DNA from: Somniosus microcephalus
Taxonomy: Eukaryota
DNA length: 64,000 nucleotides
Reading direction: 5' to 3'
NCBI GenBank assembly: GCA_052327205.1
Contig: CM126222.1
Span: forward strand, 59,396,001-59,460,000
Positions 50,429 to 61,988 of this stretch are shown here, piece after piece. A program made the position numbers and the translations under genes. How positions within the stretch are numbered: the first letter of the stretch is position 1; each line of letters opens with the position of its first letter. A model generated the notes under the pieces. The model saw nothing but the letters and a program-made list of their open reading frames with translations. It made no database searches and was not told where the DNA came from.

Positions 50429-52879
50429 GTAAGAGGAAATGATGTTGCTTTTTAAAAAAAAAACATTTAAACTGCACATTCTGGGAAAGGAAAAAAGTTT
50501 TATACTCTATAGAATAATGCTGAACAAAGTTACTTTTTGCTAAGCAAATATCGTGTTTGCCCCAACCTTTTTCAAGAATAACTACTCAATATGCATTCCC
50601 ATTTAAATGTCAGCATTTACATTTTTGGCCATAAAACTGTCAACCAGAAGCGATGAGACATTTACAGCAGTGTGCAATATTTTGTGAATAATATGATGGC
50701 TACTATGCGAAATGTAATGTGATTAGATACTTAGCTCTGTACTCTTGGCATCTGATGTTACAGCCTTGATTAATTTACATTTCTGTGGTATACTTCATTG
50801 TGCAATTGGAGGCTGATTTGTTAAAAGCAGTGCAGGATCAGAAAGTTGTGAGAATAGTGATCAGGAGGACCTGATGCTCTGCTCCAATATTCTACAGCTT
50901 ATGAGGTCACTGATTGTGACCCCTTCTTGGTGTCTTGCACGGTGGCGATAAAGACTTTTATACGAATCAGAATTTTGAAAAAAATTCTTTGATTTTTTAA
51001 AAAATTCCAAACTTGTAATTTCTTTTGAAGAAAAAGTTCTCTCTGGCTGAAATTATTTATAACCCCCAAATTACCTGCTTTCAAAAAATTTGGTACCTCA
51101 CATTCTTTTTTAAGTTGTTTCTCCTTCTGACAGTCCTGCTTGTAAATCAGTCAGAGCACATCGAGACGACTGTATATAGCTTTGGAATTTATGGTTACCG
51201 GTTACTTCAGCCGTAAACCTGCCAAAATGTTTACTTCAATATTTTTATTAACTTATTTTCAGCAAATTGTTCAGGATTTAATGGGAGAAATTGCAAATTT
51301 CATCAGTATTGCAGTGTCTTGCATGATTTAAAGATTATTTTCAAAGCTATAGGTTTACATTTAATTTTAAGGAATTTCAGAAAATCAGATTGTCTTGATA
51401 TATAGTTATGTGCAATAAAGCTTTTATTCTTACTCGTTTAGCATTGACTGGAAAGAGGTTATCTGAAAATAAATGGTTTCTTTGAATGGTGGGATTGATA
51501 ACAATCATTGGTGTGAGTAAAGCATGTATAGTACATGAAAGAGGAATGACCATTTTCTGTGCTTTCTCCATGTTGGCTCCTTCAGGTTTACATTGTGTGA
51601 ATTCAATGAGCTAAAATTGCTGTCGCCATTTCATGATGATGATCTCTTAGATATTTGATTTTGTGAGATGGCTAGATAATTTTAGTGAATGGCTTCTGGA
51701 AGTCAGTACTTTAAATCGTCGCGCAAGTAGATGCAGTTGCAATGGGCAAAATTTATTTTCTACTAGAATTTTCAGAATTTGTATTTGCAATTGGATTACT
51801 GTTTTTAAAATGTGGTGCCTTAGACAAAATACCGAACAGAGCATGATAAAGTGGGCGCTAGCAAACAATAAACATATATATGAGATATAATGTAGTATGC
51901 CATTTATACAGGAGTCAGTGTACCATTTGATTGAGCTATTCAAAAGATTGCTATACCAACGGCAAAGCTATCATCAACATGGTTTATCCAGTTCTCATAT
52001 ATCAGCTTTTCTGCTATGGTTGGTATATGGTTGACCATAAACATCCTCAAAAGTTGATACGGAGACATACACAAGCTATACAGTAGTAAATGTAAATCAT
52101 CACATTTTATTCCTCTGTGCAAAACTCATGAAAATATTCTGAAAGCTTGTGTTTTCAGCATTCGGAAATGAAACTTGTATGTTTTTGAACAGGGTATATG
52201 TAAACCATGTAATCTTTAGAACTGAGCCTCTGTTTTACGAAGGCTGATAAACAATTATATGTCCTTTTGAAAAAGGGTTGTGATATTTTAGGGGTCTTGA
52301 AACTATGTGCAAAGCTGCTGCTAATTTGAAATGCCCTGCCATTTACTTCTGCCATATATATCTTTTGAAAGGTTGTTAAATTTTAGGAGAAACAATTATG
52401 GAGCAGGAATGAAGAACAAGAAAAAATACAAAAATAAGGAAAGAAATATAAAATAAAGTACATTTGTTTTTGCAGTGATAAAAAATGACATGTTCTTCCC
52501 CTTGAAATAATTGAACTTAGGTTTTTGAAATCTTACTGAACAGTCTATGTTGACATATTCAGGATGAACCCTCTTTTGGACCCCTCAAAAGCCATTATGT
52601 AGATATATAGCACTAATTCCCAACTGATTATTGGGCTTACATACTCCAAAATTATTTGTTGGGAATAGGGTCGCTGAGGATCAATTTTAATACTGTATAT
52701 AACATCTTTTAACTCTAAGGATACAATGTTTTTTGCATAATGATTATTTCTGGATTTTTTTTCAAAATAATATGTGTTAATTCATTTTATTTCCAATAGA
52801 TCACAAAATCAATTGAATTTGCAGAAATCTTTGTAAGTGAATGTTGAAATAAGCATAGAACTTTAACTTGGTAAAAAAT

Positions 52880-53075
52880 TTTGCTTCTCAGTGTTGGTGT
52901 TCCAGGCTATGGACAATCGTCTAAGTTCCTGCTCCTGATCACAGTTGGCCCCGACTGGAAAATGTGTTGCGAGGACAGAATAAGATTGAATTGTGATTCC
53001 TCCCATAGTCAAATAGCATGTCAGTGCTCACTGCCAAGACCCACACATGAAAAATTGCTTGTCACTTGGGCAATT
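52880..53075 (+). mobile_element. Old SINE body remnant
   Basis: Similar to the reverse complement of 38870-39000 (GCTCCTGATCAC...CTGGAAAATGTG). Confidence 0.35.
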
Positions 53076-54045
53076 AAGAGTTGATGTCTTCAGGTTTTAT
53101 TCCTATTATACCCCCTCCTCCTTTCCTGAACCTAAAAAAAAAACTGCAGGCACTTTTTGGGTTAATAAATGTCCATATATTTTAAAAGAAACACTCAACT
53201 GATTTTGCAAAATAGTACAATAATGTTGTAAAACTTTTACTGGAATCACTGAGGATTTGAAAAGTACCCTTTTTAATATATTATTCAATTCCAGAAAAAA
53301 AGTAAAAAATCCTATAGGATTTAAATTGTCTGGCTTACGGTATCAGATGTATGATTCTGCTGTATTTCTGGAACAAGTCCAGTAGGATTTTGAAAAGAAA
53401 CTTTTGGTAGGCAATGACTCCGAAGGATAAAATGTTCAGTCCCTGGGCGATCTCATTCTGTGGCAGGCTAGAGGGTTACTGCTGAGTCACAATGAAACCT
53501 ACAAAAACTGTCAGTCCCACTATTATGACTTTGCATTGACTTCAAAGTCACAGTAATTGTACACACACAGTTAAAATTACTCTGGGTGACTGAATGCAAA
53601 ATTGCAAAAGCTACTCTGCCTTTTGTTGGCAGTTTAACATCTAGCTCGATGAGTAATAGAAAGGTACACGGTGGTAGTTTCACATAAAATTGCACTCTTA
53701 AATGTGATGAACAAAGGCCATAAAACGTGCTGTCAAAAATCAAAGGGTTTGATTTTTATGCTGTCATCAATTGATCATTGTACCCATGCATTCTACGTGC
53801 CAGTTTACTTAGTCAAATATATATTTAGTAGAACTGTATCTTTTGTTATTAATCCATCTATCTTGACCTGGCAAGAATGGAGAGGATTTTGATTACTTGC
53901 AGTGAAGTACTTGAGATCGTAGTGCTTAACACATTAAGAGGGCAGAATAAAATATAACATTGTTCTTCCTCAGATTTTCACTTCCAGCTTTATTAATTTT
54001 CCATCGAGAAGTAGGTGACTATAAATACTGAAGGAAATGAGATCA

Positions 54046-54960
54046 CATAGAAACATAGAAGATAGGAGCAGGAGTAGGCCATTCGGCCCCTCTAGCCTGC
54101 TTCAATGCGATCATGGCTGATCATCCAAGTTCAGTACCCGGCCCCTGCTTTCTCCCCATACCCCTTGATCCCTTTAGCCTTAAGAAATATATCCAACTCC
54201 TTCTTGAATATATTTAATGAATTGGCCTCTACTGCCTTCTGTGGTAGAGAATTCCACAGGTTCACCACTCTCTGGGTGAAGAAATTCCTCCTCATTTCTG
54301 TCCTAAAAGGCCTACCCCTTATCCTTAGACTGTGACCCCTGGTTCTGGATTCCCGACCATCGAGAATATCGTCCCTGCATCTAGTCTGTCCAGTCCTGCC
54401 AGGATTTTATGTTTCAATGAGATCCCCTCTCATTCTTCTAAACTCCAGTGAGTACAAGCCCAATCGACCCAATCTCTCCTCATACGTCATTCCTGCCATC
54501 CCAGGTATCAGCCTGGTGAATCTTCGCTGAACTCCTTCCATGGCAAGAATATCCTTCCTCAGATAAGGCAACCAAAACTGCACACAATACTCAAGATGTG
54601 GCCTCACCAAGGCCCTGTACAACTGCAGCAAGACATCCTTGTTCTTGTACTCAAACCCTCTCGCTATGAAGGCCAACATACCATTTGCCTTCTTAACCGC
54701 CTGCTGCACCTGCATGCTTACCTTCAGCGACTGGTGCACAAGGGCACCCAGGTCTCGTTGCACTTCCCCTTCTCCCAATCTATTGCCATTCAGATAATAA
54801 TCTGCCTTCCTATTTTTGACACCAAAGTGGATAACCTCGCATGTATCCATGTTATATTGCATCTGCCATGCTTCTGCCCAATCACCCAAATTGTCCAAAT
54901 CATCCTGTAGTTTCTCGGCATCCTCCTCACAGCACACACGCCCACCCAGCTTTGTGTCGT
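54046..54960 (-). mobile_element. 5'-truncated CR1 LINE
   Basis: ORF 54407-54937 (LQDDLDNL.DWAEAWQMQYN...LYRALVRPHLEYCVQFW...RRMRGDLIET) and a CATAGAAACATAGAA tail. Confidence 0.92.
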
Positions 54961-55239
54961 ATGTAGAGCTACATTTTAATTAATAGTAAGCATGACGAGT
55001 TTCAATAAAACCAGCTTTACGGAAACATGTTCATACCTTTTTGTTTTGGTCAGCTTGATATTTATGAACTCCCATTGCCATGCTTGAGAATCTCCAAACT
55101 AACCTATTGAGAAATCTATGTAAATAGAGTTTCCATTGCCTGATATGGAGTGCACATTTCTTTCCTTGTAGGGATACACTCCCGGTAACCCCTTCCAATA
55201 GCTGTCGTTCCAAGCTTGAGTTTTCTCTCTATATAATAG

Positions 55240-55404
55240 ATGTCGGTCTTCAGCATGGCAGGAGAATCTGTACAGGACAGGTTACCATCTGCCAGCCACT
55301 TTGATCTTCTAGATGGCCCCAGTCCAGTGCCGTATACTAGATCCACTCATCGCCAGAATCCAACCACTGGTGTAAGATTGCTTTGGCAAAAAGAGACCAG
55401 GGAG
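55240..55404 (+). CDS. Candidate early coding exon of the host gene (55 codons, MSVFSMAGESVQDRLPSASHFDLLDGPSPVPYTRSTHRQNPTTGVRLLWQKETRE), product not recognised
   Basis: Acceptor TTTTCTCTCTATATAATAG|, strong donor GAG|GTGAGC, phase 0-0, only one open frame, GC higher than the flanks, not TE-like. Confidence 0.5.
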
Positions 55405-57605
55405 GTGAGCGACAAGTCCGTAAAGGCTGAGCTCACCTTTCCTGCGACTGTTTAATGTTTATACTGAAAAGTAAGGAGCAGGAATTAAAGAAACACGAGG
55501 ACCTAAGTTTTTATGTGTATGTATGTATTTAAAGCAGCAAGGGGGTGCGTGAGAAATGTCGACTGTTGCATAATGTTTATGCTGCTTTGGCTGTGCTTTC
55601 AGAATTTATACAAAACTACAACAAATGTGTGCTTTTCATATTTCACAGAGCAATGGTGTACTACACAGCCCACGGCCTGTTGGACTTTATTTTAAATGCG
55701 TTTGTAGTTTCTACGTTGTTTGGCTGGCTTTGACAAAATCTTTTTTAAAAGGAAAAATTTATCAGCCTATTGTATATAATTTTCTATTGTGCATTGTGAA
55801 TAATTAATTGCCTGGAAAAAAATTGCAGTTTGGCAGCATAAATCTATATTGAAATTATACTGATTTTCTGAAACAATTACCCTCTATGTTGAAGTACACA
55901 TGAATTATTCTCTACCTGCTCATTACTTTTTTGTTTTTGCTGTTCATGGAGTACTTTTAAACCCTTCATCCACTATGTACTGAAAAACGTCTTAGTGCTC
56001 CGAAACGTGTTTTAATTTTATTTTGTGCTTGTTGACTTAGAAGAAATTCATTGACATTTCCTTGATATAATGTGGAAGTGCTGAATAAGAGCAGTGCAAA
56101 TGAGGTGTTATAGTGGGTTGGTTCATTGATGTACCAGCGTGCTGTACAATGGAGTCGCAGGATGCCTGTTTGAGCTGCTGGTTTCCCCACACAGTGAGTT
56201 CTGGATCACGGCCAAGTTGTTGGGGAGTAATCAAGTGGGGGTCAGGCACTTTCCCAGAGGCAAAGAGAAATCAGAGAATCAAAGTGGACCATTCTTGCAC
56301 AACTCCCAAGTATTCAGCTCATAGCAGTATGAACAGAGGTCTTGGAGCAGGTCTCTTGTTAGTTGAGTGTACTGTGGAGGGACCTAAAAGGGGGAAGAAA
56401 GATAACTGGTTAGTTTATCTCACATAAGAGGCTTCTTCAAGCCTACATTTTGAAAACTGGTCCTTAATTGTATATTTTTCTCTTTAAAAAAAAAAAAAAT
56501 ACAGGATTGGTGAATATTGATGTAATTTTATGCCAATATGATTTATAGAACATGATTGAAAATAAAGGTGCAACTTGAGATGTGACAGTTTTATAGACAA
56601 TTATAGGTGAATGGTGACGGGGCATAAAACAGAATAAAGGCTTTTGTGTAGTTTGTCAGTGACTCAGTGAATGCTTCATATTAACGCTTAAGATGGAGGA
56701 CTTTTTAAACTTTGCGGGAAAAAAAATCTGTCCCCCTAGGATTAGGGCTGACTAGAATCAGCTGTGCACGTCTACTTTTCCAGTTAATTCTAATTGAAAT
56801 GTGGTGTCTTGAATGCAGTGGGGATTATTTGATAATTAATTGTGGCAAACTGAATAAAGGACAAAGAGTATGAATTTTGCACACTGCTTAATGTAGTGTT
56901 TCTCTACAATTTAAAACGTAACATTCTAACACAAGGAGGTTGTGCGGTTGCAAGGCTTAAATAAGATTCATAGTCCACAAGTAAAACTTGGCTGGATAAC
57001 ATGAGTTTCTTTTGGGCACCTATATGAATGGAATATAAAACTCCAGTGAAATGGACCTTAAACACACAGCATCATTGGGTCACCCTGAAGGAACATTTCC
57101 CCCCCCCTCTATTTTCATCTTGTATTGGTTTATCAGTACCACTATACTAGCCTAAACTATGTCGTGGCTGCTATTTAAAGCAAAGATATTTGAATGCAGG
57201 GGACTTAATTTCTTCTGAATTTACATAAATTTACTTTAAAAAATAAACTAGTTTCTGGTAACATTAAACAACCACTCAAAAGAGATTTATACAAATTCAA
57301 TCTTTTGTAGCTGATTTGTGGCAAGTTTCGTTTGGTGACCAAGTAACATTGTGGGGGAAGAAAAGACGCTTGATGCCCTGTGGCTTTCATCATCATCTTA
57401 ATAAAGCAGAGTATTATTTAGATCAAAAATACATCTATCTTGTAACTCTGCAACAGCCTTTTTAATTGTATGCATTTTATTTAGAGTTCATTTAAAGTTA
57501 TTCCTTGTAACTTTTGCAAGCAATGGGCTTTGTACCGTGAGTTACCCTTGTTCTGCATTTCCAAGTGTTGAATAGCCAACGCTTCTTAATTTATGAAATA
57601 ATAGC

Positions 57606-59023
57606 TGTAAGGGGTTTTAGATCGCAGAGGTTTCTCTCTCTAGAGGCCTCTCTCTCTTGCACAGTAAAACCGTGAGTGGTTCGACCCACTCGCCCCTTAG
57701 ATTCTATACTCTGGACTTTGGGGCAGGAACTACAATGTAGAGAAAACTCTTATAGACCAAGTTTGATGAAACAAAATGGAATTTTATTGCATAATGTAAA
57801 ACAAATCAAAATGCAAGCAAATAAGAAGGTACAAGGGAGGGGAAAACACAAACAAATCATAACGACACAGTACTAACTAAGGCAAATACAGACATATTAT
57901 ACTCTACAAAGATCATCATAAAATGGGGAAAACACACGGAGCATCGAGGGACAACAACTCATGTTAATTATACCCTTAAATGTCCACCCCCTTAAACCTA
58001 TCTAGATCTGATTATGAAGGGCCAGAAACATGCTCACCAATCCAACTAGGAAGTGTAAGGTTTTGAAACAGGTCTGCGTTTGATCCTTTCAGGCGTCCCG
58101 TCTCCACGTGGTTGGGTGGAGCCCCAGCGAGCTGCGCCACACCTCTCTTCTGAGGTGGGGGTCGGGGACGGCTGGACACCGGCTGGTCTGGATGTCGGCG
58201 GGGTCGGGGATCGTTTGCTCGATTCCGGTCAGAGGAGCCTCGGGCTGGCCCCCATCATTTCTTCAGTTTCTTATTGTCTCTTCTCCCGAGCCGGAGTGGG
58301 TCGATGGCCTCCCGTTTCGTCAACGGCCCGGGGTTGGTCGATGATCTCCCGATGTTTTACCCCGGGGCGGGACGCCGGCTCGAACCGTCTTCTTCTCCTT
58401 CTTCTAGCGATGATGCTACCGATACGATGGTAGCACCACGATGGCTTCCCTATTCTTCCTACCCCTGGGTTCCCAGATATACTTCTCATCAGAAGCCCTT
58501 ATCTCGCGCCAAATCAGGTTAGTCTTTTGTTTTAATTTTTGGCGTGCTGGGAGCACAACGGGGTAGTTATTATATTTTAAACTGTTCTTGGATGGCCGGT
58601 AACGGGCCATCTCTGGTCTGGAATGACCTTCATTGTTTTTAATGTCCTAGTGATGTCCTTAACGGGTCCTTGATGCTCTTCTCATGAATATGAAACTGTT
58701 CCCTTTTGTCTGGTTAAACATTCAGATGGCCTTTATCTACAGGCCGATCTTGACTGGATCTGCATCCAATCTATATGTATATGTGGGTGTCTGGTTTCAT
58801 TCTCTCAGAAACGGCTTCCAGAACTTACTGTGGGCTGAATCCACAAAGCTGTCTGAGGACTGCAGGAACCATTTAAAAGTGTCCCAATAAGTTGGTCACG
58901 GGGTCTGGCGGCCATTTTGAATGCCCCTTTTTCCTAGGTTTCTTTTAAAACAGTCTTTAAAATCATGGCCTCTTCTGCCATTCGACCCTTTATAATATAA
59001 AGTTCAATTTTGCGAATCCTACA
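57606..59023 (-). repeat. Putative 3' LTR of the ERV (about 1418 bp)
   Basis: Minus strand starts TGTAGG directly after the purine tract and ends CCTTACA. AATAAA at 57783-57788 (minus). The partner LTR is outside the window, so the ends are inferred. Confidence 0.7.
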
Positions 59024-59418
59024 CTCACCCCTGATACTGTAACTTGCTTGAAGTATCATAATTCTGGGTGAGCAAAATGTTCTGACTTTCCATAATCAAA
59101 CCATCCCCAGTATTTACCTATCTATGACCCCACGACACATGCATTTCCCATCTCAGAAAAACCTACTGTACATTAAGCATCTATAGATGGTAATACTTCA
59201 GATGTGAAATTTGACATACTCACTTCCAGGCGTGGAGGGGGGCCTAATACCCTTACATCACCTGGTGCACACACACTATCTTTTAATAATAACACATCTA
59301 ATAAACTTCAAGAATAAAAATAAAGTACACACACAAAAAATCAAATGCACATGAATACATATCAAAATAATACAGAGGAGGGAGGGAAAACTTTAACTTC
59401 ATACAGAGCAGCAAAAAT

Positions 59419-61769
59419 CTAAACGGGTGTCTCTTCCTCTACCCGCACATAATGCTCCCTCCATTCCCCCCTGTTCTCGTACTTTTGCGAATGTTTGACC
59501 TTTTTACAGTGTACAAACAGTAAATAAACTACAATGATAACCTGGCACACTACAAGAATGTGGGAGGCTATCCTAATCCAAGAAGGGACTTCTATATTAG
59601 TGAACAGGTCCCACCACGGTGGGGTCACTATATCCAATATGTCTGCCCCATCTCTAAAGTCTTCTGCTCCAGTGTATAGAAATGTTTCTGTGAAACAACA
59701 ACAGCTTTTAATATCTTGGTGAGGTGTTCAGGGAGAGGGGGAATGATATATCCAAAATGTGCAATGAATCGCTACAGATCGGTGAAATTCTCTTTAACAG
59801 TGATGTGGACAGTGGAAGGTTCAGGAATGGGGACAATTCGCTCTTGGGCCACTTGAACTTCTGCCCTGGGCTTGAAACAGAAGCTGCTGTCACTAACCGG
59901 ACACCAACTGTGCTGTCCATGTTGGTAGTGGGGCGCTGCAGTGGTGACACAGTATGCCCCACCTCCTATATATGCCACCTGTGGGGGCACATGGCCTTGT
60001 GCCATTGCCTCCATGGTACAATTTATAGGCTCCACGCCAGCAGTTCTGAACCCGCACTGTGGTTTTGAATGGGCATTCAAGTGCTGGGGACACAGGATGA
60101 TGTGTGCTCCCCGGCTCCGGCACCCCGAGAGATCAGTACCCGTCATTGCATGCTCCCATCGAATGACGTAAGGTGGGACCCCTGTGTAGCGTATGTGCGC
60201 ACCCCCCTGAATGACTCCAATGTTCTCCACTCTGTATACCGGGGCGGGTTTAGCTGTCTTTCCCATCACCGGCATTCTTACCACTATACCCATAATGGTG
60301 TGATTAGACCGTCCACAGTCCACTGGGACTGGTTAGGCTTCTGAAGCTAGTCTGAGCTGGCACGGACTCAATGCATTCGCAAAAGGGTGGAGGGCTGCGA
60401 GGTACTTGTTGCTGATCCAGGAGGGGACTAAACCTTGTTTCAAATCCTCCAGGTTACTGCGGCCCTCGCCCAGTAACCACGCCCCGTATAGCACACAAGC
60501 TTCGTTCTGCGCAGCCTGATCGGACGCATTCCGATCCTCCCTGATGAGAGCATTTACCATTCTGGTGTGTTTTTCCAGCTCAGCTATAATTTCTTTTAAG
60601 TGTAGTGTCATGGCCTGGTCCTCATGTAACTCAGAACCCACTACCTTGTTCTCGTCAGTCAGTATCTTTCTTAACTGTGTTTTCAAACCATTGATTTGGG
60701 TTTGCAGCTCCACATCATCCAGTGTGTTGATGATGGAAGTTCTTATATTAAAAGCTGTGAAAATATCATTTACTGCACCCCTCCTTTGCCTCCCTATCCT
60801 GTCCAAGACCTCATGTGGTGTGGTGTACAATTCGGCTCTGTCAATATCGGCAAAGTCGAATTCGTAAAACTGTTTAAACATGTTTGTTAACAGGACCTGG
60901 TACAATTGTTCCATTTCCTTGGGGCACCATTCGGGCAAGTGCACCTCGGTGAGGTTTAAAATCACCGAAGCCACCGCGTAGTGTACCCCTTGGTACAGCA
61001 CCTGACCTGTGGGTACTAATACCAATCCGTTCCCGGGTCCCTTGGTAGTGGTGGGGCACCCTTCCTTGCGGGCTTTGGCTACCGGAATCGTGGGCAGGGG
61101 CTTGCGGGGGCGGGTGATGAGCTCAGTGGCGTTTACTGGGATTTGAGAGTATGGGTCTCCGCACGCCCGTGTGCTGACATCCCACCTCATTCCTCTCCCA
61201 GCATCTTGCCACTGCCTTTGGAAAAAGATGGAGACGCCTGTGGGGCAAGCGCGTTCTGAACCCCACATACAGATGTAGATCCCCTCATCTGGTTCCCACC
61301 ATTTGTCCCAACAGACACTCAACCCCCCATGAGTTCCTGTAATAGTCCGATGGGTTTTGTTACCCAATCTCTCCCATTCGACCGTGGAGTTCTTCATGGT
61401 GCTGCTCAACTTGCGCAGCCACCACCAGCGATTCAAAGGTACGTGTCCATTGCATACCAGGCAAATCTTCTTCCCGACGGTAACGCTGACTCTGGGTGCA
61501 ATGATCCGCACCCTGGGGCACATCAGAGATGTCTCTCTGTATGCAAACCCCATCTGGCTGGAGTATTCAGTAGAGTTCGACCCCAGCCAGCCTGGCCATC
61601 TTCCTTCATGGAAGTAGGCGGCAGTCTCTTCAGCGTCCCGCGGGCCGGTTCCGTCAATCGCGATGGGGCCTCTGTTGCCAGAGCACCCGTACACTGTGGA
61701 GTCCTTAGTGCGGCCCCGATAGGCCACACTGTACCCGATCATCATGGCCACGACAAGGATCCTGCTCAT
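59419..61769 (-). pseudogene. env: env: F-type class I fusion glycoprotein with an N-terminal Ig-like domain (about 780 aa reconstructed)
   Basis: Signal peptide, furin site RQRR|GAVNDIF (aa 327-330), heptad repeats, Cys-rich region, TM segment ILVVCQVIIVVYLLFV and short tail. In-frame stops at 60333 and 59772, 1-nt frameshift near 59648. Confidence 0.85.
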
Positions 61770-61988
61770 CTTTCTCCTGGTTCCTGCAACAAATTAAACA
61801 ATGCCGCCAGGCTCCCGAGAGATTCTGGCTTAGGTGAAGGCATGATCGGGTCTTCCGACCTCGATCCAAACAAACACACGTACTTGGCAGATTCCAAAAC
61901 TACTTAGCACTAATCACTTTAATATTTACACAACTTAAACTTAAAACCTAAACTTATGTACAGCGCCGCCCGTCCCCGGGCGGCTTGC

